This document shows, piece by piece, positions 1-10,467 of a stretch of 64,000 nucleotides of DNA; the first letter of the stretch is position 1, and each line of letters begins with the position of its first letter. The position numbers and the translations under genes are program-made. This DNA comes from Hypanus sabinus (lineage: Eukaryota), in NCBI RefSeq assembly GCF_030144855.1, contig NC_082731.1, positions 20,460,001 through 20,524,000 on the forward strand, written 5' to 3'. The notes under the pieces are model-generated. The model did not search any database and was not told where the DNA came from. It saw nothing but the letters and a program-made list of their open reading frames with translations.

Positions 1-1238
1 CTATCTGACCCCCTAACTATCGAATCCCCTATCACTACTGCTTTCCACTTCCTTTTCCCTACCGTTCTGAGCTGCAGGGCCGGACCCTGTGCCAGAGGCA
101 CGGCCACTGTTGCTTCCTCCAGGTAGGGTGTCCCCTCCTAGTGTACTCAAAGAGGAGTACTTATTGTCAAGGTGTACTGCCACTGGGGTACTCTCTCGTA
201 CCTGACTCTTCCCATACCCCTCCTAACCGTGACCCACCTGTCTGCCTCCCGTGGCCCCGGTGTGACAACCTGCCTGTAACTGCTCTCTAACACCACCTCA
301 CTCTCTCTGACCAGAAAAAGATAATCGAGCTGCAGCTCCAGCTCCCTAACACGGTCCCTTAGGAGCTGCAGCTCAGCGCACCTGGTGCAAATGCGGACGT
401 CAGGGAGGCTAGGAGACTCCAGGACCTCCCACATCCGACACCGAGAACAACAAGCTGCCCTCACACTCATACAATGCAACAAATACTACAAATACAAACA
501 CTTTAGTGTCACCAAACAATTGATACTAGAGCGTACAATCATCACAGTGAATTTTGTTTCTGCGCTTCGCGTTCCCTGAAATACAAATCGAGGTAAAATA
601 ATAAAAAAAATAAATTATATTTCATAATTAGAAAATAGAAAAGGGACTGTACGGTAGTGCATGTCAGGTCCAGATATGTGGAAGTTACGTCCCAGATCCG
701 GATCAGGATCTGTTCAGCAGTCATATCACAGTTGGAAAGAAGCTGTTCCCAAATCTGGCATGCTTCTGAACCTTCTCCCGGAGGGAAGTGGGACATAAAG
801 TGTGTTGGCTGGTTAGGACTTATCCTTGATTATACTGGCAGCACTGCTCCGACAGCGTGTGGTGTAAGGTGAGTCCAAGGATGGAAGATTGGTTTATGTG
901 ATGTGCTGGGTTAGGTTCATGATCTTCTGCAGCTTCTTCCAGTCTTCCCCCTTCCCTCAAATAACAGGAAAAACTGAAACCTAAACCTACCTTGCATTGC
1001 CCGTTTCCGCCTAAGTCCGTTGAGCCAAAGCCCTTAAGCCTGCACTTTGTTTCCGGCTCGCTCCGCTGCCCGCAAACGGCGCTGCCTGCTGTATAAGGCT
1101 GTGTCCTTTTTAAGTCTTCTCCGCTTCACTGCCCGAAGTCACACATCTGCGCAGTCCCGCCACTCTTAACTCCGATGAGAAGAAGAAAAAATCAAAATGG
1201 CTCCCGCCGCTCTCCCGTTCTGATCCTCCGAGTTCCTT
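1..1238 (-). mobile_element. CR1 LINE 5' portion (5' UTR + ORF1 N-terminus), continues beyond window start
   Basis: ORF 147..482(-) CCSRCRMWEV...CTRCAELQLLRDRVRELELQL matches the CR1 ORF1 zinc-finger/leucine-zipper N-terminus; cassette sequence resumes at ~1240 (tactttgctgc...ctggaaagagag). Confidence 0.8.
596..946 (-). mobile_element. Rex1/Babar-like LINE 3' fragment nested in the CR1 5' UTR
   Basis: Minus strand translates DWKKLQKIMNLTQHIT*TNLPSLDSPYTTRCRSSAASIIKDKS*PANTLYVPLPSGRRFRS, resembling the Rex1 C-terminal motifs LQRVV..AQ.I.G..LPS and LLPSGRR.RS. Confidence 0.65.
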
Positions 1239-1433
1239 TTACTTTGCTGCTTCCCCTGGAAAGAGAGAGGTTTAACTACTAGAGAATGGAGGTACAAAGA
1301 CAAGGAGCTGACTATGCTTCAATCGGTCAGCAAATAAGGAGGCAACAGGCATACGCATAAAGCTGCATTTCTAATGTCTGTTGTTCACATTTCTGGACAA
1401 ACTCTCTGCTCAGCATTTTGAAGATAGCTATTG

Positions 1434-4400
1434 GGGGGGGGGGGGGGAAGGGTGTTTAAACTAAATTTGCAGAGGGATGGGAAACGGAGTGCCAGAATAG
1501 ATAGTGGAACGGGTGCGAAAATAAATGATGTTGAAGTTTGTTGCAAAGTCACAAATAGATGCGTTGTGAGTGGTGGCAATAATCTTCTGAGGTGTGTCTA
1601 TTTCAATGCGAGGAGTATTGTGGGGAATGCTGACGAACTGAGGGCGTGGATTGACACGTGGAATTATGACGTTGCAGCCATTAGTGAAACTTGGCTACAG
1701 GCCGGGCCGGAGTGGCAGCTTAATGTTCTAAGTTTCCGACGTTTCAGACGTGATAGAGGCAGAGGGATGAAGGGTCGGGGGGTGGTGGTGGCATTGCTAG
1801 TCAGGGAAGGTGTTACTGCGGTGCTCAGGCAGGACAGGTTAGAGGGCTTGTCTGCAGAGGCCATATGGGTGGAGCAGAGAAACAGGAAAGGTATGACGAG
1901 ATAAATGGGTTGTATTATAGATCACCCAATAGTCAGCGAGAATTGGAGGAGCAAATCTGCAGAGAGATAGCAGACAACTCCAGAAAACATAACGTTGCGA
2001 TAGTAGGGGATTTTAATTTTCCACATATTGATTGGGATTCCCATACTGTTGTAGGCCAAGGTGGGTTAGAGTTTGTAAGATGTGTTCAGGAAAGTTTTAT
2101 AAATCAATATGTAGAGGTACCGACTGGAGAGGATGCAATATTATATCTCCTATTAGGAAATAGATTAGGGCAGGTGACGGAAGTGTGTGTAGGGGAACAC
2201 TTTCGTTCCAATGATCAGAACGCCATTAGTTTCAACTTGATCATGGGTAAAGATAGATCTGGTACTCGGTTTGTTGTTCTAAACTGGAAAAAGGCCAAAT
2301 TTGAAGAAATGAGATAGGATCTAAAAAGTATTGATTTGGACAGATTGTTCTCTGGCAAGGATACTGTTGGTAAGTGGAAGGCCTTCAAAGGAGAAATTTT
2401 GAGAATGCAGAGTTTGTATGTTCCTGTAAGGACTAAAGGCAAAGTAAATAAGAATAAGGAACCTTGTTTCACTAGGATATTGGAACTCTGAGAAAAAAAA
2501 AAGAAGAGAGAGATGTATGAGATATATATAGGAAACAGGGGGCAAATAAGATACTTGTGGAGTATAAGAAGTACAAAAAATACTTAAGGAAGAAATAAAA
2601 AGTGTAAAAAGAAGACATGAGGTAGTTTTGACAGTCAAGGTGAAGGATAATCCAAACAGCTTCTACAGGGATGACACGGGTAAGGCAGTGGATGTAGTCT
2701 ATATGGACTTCAGCAAGGCCTTTGACAAAATTCCAAATGGAAGGTTAGTTAAGAAGGTTCAGTCGTTAGGTATTAATGCTGGAGTAATAAAATGGATTCA
2801 ACAGTGGCTAGATGGGAGATGCCAGAGAGTAGTGGTGGATAATTCTTTATCGGGTTGGAGGCCGGTGACTAGCGGGATACCTCAGGGATCTGTTTTGGGC
2901 CCAATGTTGTTTGTAATATACATAAATGATCTGGATGATGGGGTGGTAAATTGGACTAGTAAGTATGCCGATGATACTAAGGTAGGAGGTGTTGCGGATA
3001 ATGAGGTGGGTTTTCAAATCTTTCAGGGAGATTTATGCCGGTTCGAAGAATGGGCCGAACGTTGGCAGATGGAATTTAATGCTGAGAAGCGTGAGGTTCT
3101 ACATTTTGGCAGGAATAATCCAAATAGAACATACAGGGTAAATGGTAGGGCATTGAGGAATGCAGTGGAACAGAGAGATCTAGGAATAAAATAGCATAGT
3201 TCCCTGAAGGTGGAGTCTCATGTAGATAGTGTGGTGAAGAAGGCTTTTGGAACGCTGGCCTTTTTAAATCGGAGCATTGAGTACAGAAGTTGGGATGTAA
3301 TGTTAAAATTGTACAAGGCATTGGTAAGGCAAAATTTGGAATATTGTGTGCAGTTCTGGTCACCGAACTATAGGAAAGATATCAATAAATTAGAGAGAGT
3401 GCAGAGACGATTTACTAGGATGTTACCTGGGTTTCAGCACTTAAGTTACAGAGAAAGGTTGAACAAGTTAGGTCTCTATTCATTGGAGCGTAGAAGGTTG
3501 AGGGGGGATTTGATCGAGGTATTTAAAATTTTGAGAGGGATAGATAGAGTTGACGTGAATAGGTTCCATTGATAGTAGGGGAGATTCAAACGAGAGAACA
3601 TGATTTGAGAGTTAGGGGGCAAAAGTTTAAGGGAATCTCGAGGGGGTATTTCTTTACTCAGAGAGTGATAGCTGTGTTGAATGAGCTTCCTGTAGAGGTA
3701 GTAGAGGCCATGTCCAGTTGTGTCAGTTAAGGTAAAATTGGATAGCTATATGGACAGGAAAGGAGTGGAGGGTTATGGGCTGAGTGCGGGTAGGTGGGAC
3801 TAGGTGAGATTAAGAGTTCGGCACGGACTAGGAGTGCCGGGATGGCCTGTTTCCGTGCTGTGATTGTTATATGTTTATATGGTTATAGGGATATTAAGAG
3901 CAAAATGATAGTAAGCGAAAAAATTGGTCCTCTTGAAGATCAGAGTGGTCGGCTATGTATGGAACCAAAAGAAATGGGGGATATCTTAAATGTTTTTTTT
4001 TTGCTTTTGTATTTACTAAGCAAACTGGCACGGAGTCAATGGCAATAAGGTAAACAAGTAGTGAGGTCATAGAACCTCTACAGATTGAAGAGGAGGAGAT
4101 GCTTGCTATCTTGAGGTAAAACTGAGGAGATGAATACCCAGGGCCTGATAGGTTATTCCCTCGGACTTTGAAGGAGACTAGTGTTGAAATTGCAGGGGCC
4201 CTGGCAGATATATTTAAAATGTCGGTATCTACGGATGAGGTGCCGGAAGATTGAAGGATAGTTCATATTGTTCCGTTATTTAAAAAAGGCTCTAAGGTAA
4301 TCTGGGAAGCAATAGGCTGGTAAGTTTGACGTCGGTAAATTACTGGAAGGTTTACTAAGAGGTAGGATCTACAAGCATTTAAATAGGCAGTGACTTATTA

Positions 4401-5699
4401 GGGTGAATCAACACGGCTTTATGCGTGGTAGACATGTTTAACAAATCTGTTAGAGATTTTCGAGGAGGTTACAAGGAAAGCGGATGAAGTGAGGGCAGTG
4501 GATGCTGTCTATATGGACTTCAGTAAGGCTTTTGACAAGTTCCCGTTTGGGAGATTAGTTGGGAAGATTCATTCGCTAGGTATACAAGCTAAGATGGTAA
4601 ATTAGATTAGATATTGGCTCAGTGGGAGAAGTCAGAGAGTGGTAGTGGAGGATTGCTTCTCTGAGTGGAGTCCTGTGACCAGTGGTGTGTCAGAGGGATC
4701 AGTGCTAGGTCCATTGTTATTTGTCATCTATATAAATGATCTGGCTGATAATATGGTAAAGTGGATCAGCGAATTTGCTGATGATATAAAGATTGGAGGT
4801 GTAGTGGACAGAGAGGAAGGTTTTCAAAGCTTGCAGAGGGAGTTGGACCAGCTGGAAAAATGGGCTGAAAAATGGCAGATGGAGTTGAATATAGACAAGT
4901 GAGGTATTGCACTTCGGAAGGAAAAAACAAGGTATAACATGCAAGGTAAATGGTAGGGCACTGAGGAGTGCAGTAGAATAGAGGGACCTAGTAATACAAA
5001 TACAAAATTCCCTAAAAGTGGCGTCACAGGGTGATAGGTTAGTAAAGAGAGCTTTTGGTACATTGGCCTTTATAAATCAAAGTATTGAGCATAAGAGTTG
5101 GAATGTTATGGTGAGGTTCTATAAAGCATTGGTGAGGCCGAATTGGGAGTATTGTGTGCAGATTTGGTCACTAAATTACATGAAGGATAGTAATAAGGTT
5201 GAAAGAGTGCAGAGAAGGTTTACAAGGTTTTTGCCGGGACTTGAGAAACTGAGTTACAGAGAACGGTTGACGTGGTTAGGACTTTATTCCCTGGAGCGTA
5301 AAAGAATGAGGGGAGACTCGACAGAGGTATTCAAAATTATGATGTGTATAGATAAAGTGAATGCAAGCAGGCTTTTTCCACTGAGACTAGGGGAGAAAAA
5401 AAAACAGAGGACATGGGTTGAGGGTAAAGCGGGAATACTTTAAAGGGATGATTGGGAGGGGCGGGCTTCTTCACACAGAGATTGGTGGGAGTGTGGAATG
5501 AGCTGCCAGATGAAGTGGTAAATGCGGGCTCACTCTTAACATTTAAGAAAAACTTTGACAGGTACATAGATGCGAGGTGTATGGAGGGATATGGGTCAGG
5601 TGCAGGTCATGAAACTAGGCAGAAAAATCAATTCGGCGCAGCCATGAAGGGCCAAAAGGCTTGTTTCTGTGCTGCAATGTTCTATGGTTCTATTGTTCT
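1434..5699 (+). mobile_element. CR1 LINE (host copy 1434-2672 + 3893-5699), degenerate ORF2 APE endonuclease + RT and 3' tail
   Basis: CVYFNARSIVGN..DVAAISETWL (1431..1904), IVGDFNFPHIDW (1865..2317), QGSVLGPLLF/FADD-like RT (4639..4902), (gttctat)n tail ~5680-5699; cassette sequence flanks both sides (gaagatagc | aattagatattataggg). Confidence 0.9.
2673..3886 (+). mobile_element. 5'-truncated CR1 of a second subfamily nested in the host CR1
   Basis: RT motifs YMDFSKAFDK, PQGSVLGP, YADD (2628..3194); tail tgattgttatatgtttatatggttat; flanked by AGGGAT at 2667-2672 and 3887-3892; host reading resumes across it. Confidence 0.8.
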
Positions 5700-6294
5700 A
5701 ATTAGATATTATAGGGTAGAAGTACATGCGCCTACAGGAATTATGGGAAATACCGACTGAGGCCATATTTGCTGCACAATTTGAGTAGATCTTCCTTAAG
5801 ATTGGCCTTTCGTGCTAGATAATTATTTTTCTCCGGGGTGCCATGAGGAGGGAATGTTCGAGAGAATTTTAGATCCAGCACATGTGACAATTGATGCAAC
5901 TGACTTCGGCCACTAGCTATCAGAGTTGAATATGCATTGTAGATTATTTTAAAATGCATCTCTGAACAATGCCTCAGATCACGGAGCAGACAATGCTTAA
6001 CAAAACGCATTTAGATGCCTGTGGCTTGGGCGCGAATCGTGAGGTGTGAGGCTTCTGTGTGCTTCCAAAGAAAGCGTTGTGGGTGCATTGTAAATGTGGA
6101 ATTGCCCTTTGATGGTTACTACATAATATATGAGATAGTGTGGACATCGAGACCTTTCAACATAAAGTGCCTTAATACAGTATATTGCTTGCTGTTTGTT
6201 CTGTTCTCAAATAAAAACAACCCTGAGTATAATCAGCTATTCTTTATATGTGCCTCATTTGCTCCACCCTAACTTAAGGGATCCTACTATCTCC

Positions 6295-6415
6295 CACCTC
6301 CCCTCCGCTTTCTTTGGGGATTGCTGTTCACGCAAATTTGTTTCATTCGTCCTGACCATTAATCTTCAATCAAGCACTTATTCTTGTAAGTGCCTCACCT
6401 GCCTCACTACCATTG
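6295..6415 (+). mobile_element. Penelope-like element fragment embedded in each cassette
   Basis: Copies (~12285, 31385, 54730, 56635, 63770; inverted ~24100-24225) translate AFR.DCS.RD...TNLQPGTYSCKR...YTC, resembling the PLE segment preceding the GIY-YIG domain; recognised from memory only. Confidence 0.45.
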
Positions 6416-7306
6416 TGAGCCGAATACGTTTCAATTATATTCTGCCTCAGTGGCGTGTCCTCCGTTTGCGAGACGGGGGAAGAGAGAGAAACTGGGAAGC
6501 GGACACAGTGGAAAAGAATGTAAAAAAGAGAATGAGTTCCAGCCACCGTAGGGTAATGTTTATGGCGAAGCTGTTTACAGTCCTGGGACTCGGGTTTCTG
6601 TGTTCTGTTCCTGCGCATTTATAAGTCTATATGATCTGCCTTCGGATTGTGCGGAAATTCTGCGGGATCTCCAGTCTCCTCTCACAGACCAAAGACATAC
6701 TGGTAGGTAGGTTAATAACTCATTGCAGATTGTGCTGTGATTAGGTTAGGGTCTACAATCGGTGGAGGTGAAGCTCTGTGCCCGATGGGAATATCCCACT
6801 TTCGGCCGCTAGTTAAATAAACAAAACAAAAGTTGAATGTATGAGACAAACACAACATGAGAGAGAGGAAGACGGAGAGAGCCTGAGAGATGGAAACGGA
6901 AAGTCGAGGTAAGAGGGAAGGAAGGATATATCGGAGTGGGGGGCATGACAAAACAACTGTGTAGGATAAAAACAAAGAGGGAAAGACAAAGTATAACACA
7001 GAAACGAGATAGAAGAAAGCAACGCTTGTGTAACTGAAGGGCCAATCGACTGAGAAAGAAGTGACACGGGAGGGAATGAAAAATGGAAGGTTCGAGATGA
7101 ATAGCGTGTGAAGGGTTCAGAGATAGAGAGAGAGATGGAGAGATAATATATAAGAATCAACATTCAGCAGACCAATTCCTAAACCAAATTTACATGCAGT
7201 GTGGAATATGGAGAAAGACCAAGCATTGAGAGTAGATACGGGGAATGAATGCTGGAGAGCCAGCAAGCGGTATTGAGAACATGTCAGAAAGAATGAGAGA
7301 TAGATA

Positions 7307-7438
7307 NNNNNNNNNNNNNNNNNNNNNNNNNNNNNNNNNNNNNNNNNNNNNNNNNNNNNNNNNNNNNNNNNNNNNNNNNNNNNNNNNNNNNNNNNNNNNN
7401 NNNNNNNNNNNNNNNNNNNNNNNNNNNNNNNNNNNNNN
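7307..7438. other. Assembly gap
   Basis: Run of N. Confidence 1.
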
Positions 7439-7499
7439 AAGAACGAATGAGGGGGAAGTATATGGAAAGAATATGGAGCTTAGAAAAATTGAGGGCTAT

Positions 7500-7599
7500 C
7501 GATAAACCTAGGTAGTTCCAGGGTAAGATAATCTTCAGCACAGCTTGGTGGGTGAGGGCCTGTATTGTGCTGTAGGTTTTATATGTTTCTATGTTTCTA
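7500..7599 (+). mobile_element. CR1-type 3' tail fragment ~300 bp upstream of each V ATG
   Basis: gggcctgtattgtgctgtaggttt..atgtttctatgtttcta; also ~14155, 26745, 32765, 37285, 50105, 57890 and truncated at ~44165. Confidence 0.7.
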
Positions 7600-7710
7600 G
7601 TGTGTGAGATTGAAAATAAGAGAAAGGAGGAGAAACATTGCGAAGAAGTAATACGAGATAGAAAGAGGTACAAAGGAAAGCAGAAAGAGCTAAAATAACT
7701 GAAACAAAGA

Positions 7711-7889
7711 TGTGATTGGTGTCCGGACCGGATTCATTCGGAGCTCACAGCCAATCAATCCACTGACAGGGTTGCGCCCCCACATTTACGCAAGCTGAAA
7801 TATGCGGCAGGTCTGATTTGACTCTTCATTATCGATCAAGGTTATTAAATTATTGGACTGCAAGTAAGCTGTCTTTCGATCCGGACACC
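7711..7889 (+). promoter_or_regulatory. Putative V promoter (inverted CCAAT pair, TTACGCAA bZIP-like site)
   Basis: ATTGG 7715-7719, CCAAT 7751-7755, TTACGCAA 7786-7793; a homologous block precedes all eight V ATGs, with some motifs mutated in individual copies. Confidence 0.5.
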
Positions 7890-8321
7890 ATGAATTTCCT
7901 GTGCTCCTTGCTGATTATATTGGCTATGATGCCCGGTGAGTCTTCGCGGTAATGGTCTGAATTTGTTCTTCATGTCCGGAGAAGCTCGATCTGCTCATGC
8001 ATTCTGTTATTTTATTGCAGGAATAATTGGGAAAGATTCTGTGACGCAGTGGCCGACTGATTTAACGAATCTCGAAGAACAAAATGTAACACTGAACTGT
8101 AATTACACTGGCACAACTGCCAATATTTTTTGGTACGTTCAGCATCGAGTGGAATCTCCAAAATACTTGCTAAAGGTGTATAGCAGCGGAAAGATGGTGC
8201 GGCATGCAGAATGTCCGGCGAGGATTACCGGTGAATTGCAGAGTGGCAGCAAGATGGCACATTTGAGGATCTCTGGTGCTTTCGTGTCGGACTCCGCCGT
8301 GTATCTTTGTGCCATGAGTCG
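7890..8321 (+). CDS. TRAV: TCR alpha/delta-type V segment V1 (leader 7890-7935, V exon 8021-8321), apparently functional
   Basis: MNFLCSLLIILAMMP-G, GT/AG intron, SVTQWP..VTLNC..WYVQH..SDSAVYLCAMS with both canonical Cys and Trp; RSS follows. Family-level call; alpha vs delta use cannot be resolved. Confidence 0.93.
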
Positions 8322-8360
8322 CACAGTGTTGTAAGGTGACGACAGCGCTGGACAAAATCC
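8322..8360 (+). promoter_or_regulatory. RSS V1 (CACAGTG-23-ACAAAATCC)
   Basis: Canonical heptamer, 23-bp spacer, nonamer one mismatch from ACAAAAACC. Confidence 0.95.
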
Positions 8361-8380
8361 GACCGTGATGCCGTGAGCGG

Positions 8381-8394
8381 TCGCTAGAGGGTGC
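8381..8394 (+). promoter_or_regulatory. CTCF-like motif 3' of RSS (TCGCTAGAGGGTGC)
   Basis: Close to CCASYAGRKGGCRS; 20 bp after the nonamer. Confidence 0.55.
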
Positions 8395-9570
8395 ACTTTA
8401 CTTGGCAAAGTGGCAGGAGCGCAAAAACAAATCCCCCACGGTCACGTGATCTAATTAAGAATGCGAACATTATTCGCAAACGGCATGCAGATTTGAGGAA
8501 CTCTCCGTCAATGGAATGTGTACCAATTTGTACAAATTAAGCGTTGTAAAGCATTTCCCAAACACACGCGATATGATGACAAAGGGGCAAATGTATCAAT
8601 AACTGATCTGCATTTGCCAACTGCCGGATTGCATATTAACAGGAAGTTTGTATTACGAGTGTAGGAAAAACAACGGTGAAAGGAATAAAAGCGAATTTCA
8701 GATACTCGAAATAGGCAAGGTGCCGCCTTCAGGGTATTTCTGGATCTGTCCAAATAATGACAGTACTATTCTCGGAATAGATCCTGAAAGGGCAGCAAGG
8801 GGCATTGTAGATCTAAGAAAGGGTTAAATAATATACACAAGTCAAAGGCAGCGCTCACGAAGAGCCAAATTCGTATATAACGTCACCAGCGTAATCGCAC
8901 TGACAGATGTTCACAAGTCAGGAACGGAAATTAGGGACACTGGAATTAATGCCGCGTGTACCCTCCTCAAAGAGAGGGAGGAACACGAATGTCAAATAGA
9001 AATAGAGCAGGAAAACGATATGGGTGCAAAGGAAATACCTCTGGACGGAAAGCAGGGAATACTTTGTGGATGGGTCTCGGAGGTACATAAACTAGAACAC
9101 ACGGTCTGGGTGCACTGTGGTGATGGACGCCGGTGAAGAGTGTAACTTCAACAGGACTACCAGCGGATTGCTAAGCTCAGGTTTCGAACCAGCTGGCCCT
9201 GACCGAAACAATGCGCCACAGTAAAGACAGACAAGAAGATATATATTCAGATAGCCCGTGTACCTTCCGGATGGTTATCAGCTGGCCTGCTGTTGATGAG
9301 GATTTGTGAGCATAACAGGTGCAGGTATACAGCACGGGCACCCAATACAACAACTACTCTGCACTCTCTGCCAGCTCAATTGACAGTAATTAAAGTGGAA
9401 TCTCAGCAGTAAGACAATATTAAGGAGCAGAAAGTAATAACAAGAAATTGCAAATATGCAGGAAGAAACGTCGGAAGCGATTTGAATAAAAACAGAGAGC
9501 TCTCAGTGGACCCTTGGATAACATTGAAGAAGCAGGGGAAAAACTTATGTCTGGTCATTATGAAGAAAAG

Positions 9571-9705
9571 AAAATCTGCGTATTTTGGAAATGCAAGAAA
9601 CACACACAAACCGCTGGTGGAATTCACGTGGCGAGGCAGCATCTTTGTAGTGATGAACTGTAATTAAGCTGCCTGGTCTGCTGCGTTCCTCCAGAATTTT
9701 GCATG
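9571..9705. repeat. Palindromic short element inserted just before the integrase core
   Basis: Arms cacacaaaatgctggaggaa..caggcagc / gctgcctg..ttcctccagcattttgtgtg (clearest at 21863-21997); also ~28636, 47451, 51920, 59931. Confidence 0.65.
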
Positions 9706-9934
9706 TATTGTCTTCTAATTATGGATCACTTCAGTCGGCGGGTAGAAGTTTTCCCAACCAGAGCAGCACTGCACGGTGTATTGTCAGTTAATCTTACCAA
9801 GGTGAAGAACTTTTCCAGACGGTGAAGGTGAAGAACTCTTCCAGACGGACGATGACCAGGAGCATATTTAACAGGGAATGTGATAAATGAAATTTGCCGA
9901 CTGCTAAGGATTCTACAACGTTTGCACAGACCCG

Positions 9935-10467
9935 ACCACCAAGGACGCGGCCTGGCAGATTAATGCGCCTTCAGGATTCAGGACCTGTTGCGTGGTTGAT
10001 TCGAGGCCGGTGCTGCCACCTGATGAGATGTGTGAGCCCACAGATGATCTGAAGCAGCAATTAGTGATGACCCGATTTTTTTGGCAAATAGCTCGGAAAA
10101 AGCGACGCCACAGACTTTAAGCGCCATAAATCAGAGAGTTGTTTGTTATGTCTCTCCCCTCGCTGTGAAATGGGACACCTCATTTGCCCTTATTCGGGAG
10201 AAACACAGACTGGTATATGTGGAATACTGGGTGAACGATTTGTCTTTGATGTACTGCATATATCTGTCTTTCTTAATGCTTTGGTGCAGGCTTGAGTGTT
10301 CTTACCGGGTGCCGATGCTTTTCACAGGAGGAGGAGGGAAGGGGATTCATTGTTTGGGGCACTCCTCTGTTTTTCTGGATGTTTTCGAAGAAATATTATT
10401 TCAGGATGTATATTGTATATATTTCTCCGACAATAAATGTGCCCGTTTAACCCATCGAAGCTATTGA
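9935..10467 (+). mobile_element. ~530-bp SINE-like insertion splitting the ERV integrase
   Basis: Lies between integrase HIPYH and PQSSG codons; ends in catttctctgacaataaatgtacctatt..(acctattgaac) tail; copies ~28982-29570, 47800-48362, 52265-52870. Confidence 0.6.

Noticed and set aside
6196-7673. Numerous short ORFs in GA/CT-rich and N-containing regions as host genes
   Set aside because: They are low-complexity or gap-spanning, frames are not conserved between cassette copies, and no domain signature is present.
8430-8470. Gag zinc-knuckle remnant (GHVID*EC) before the ERV protease
   Set aside because: The His-Cys spacing is wrong and no upstream CX2C is recoverable.
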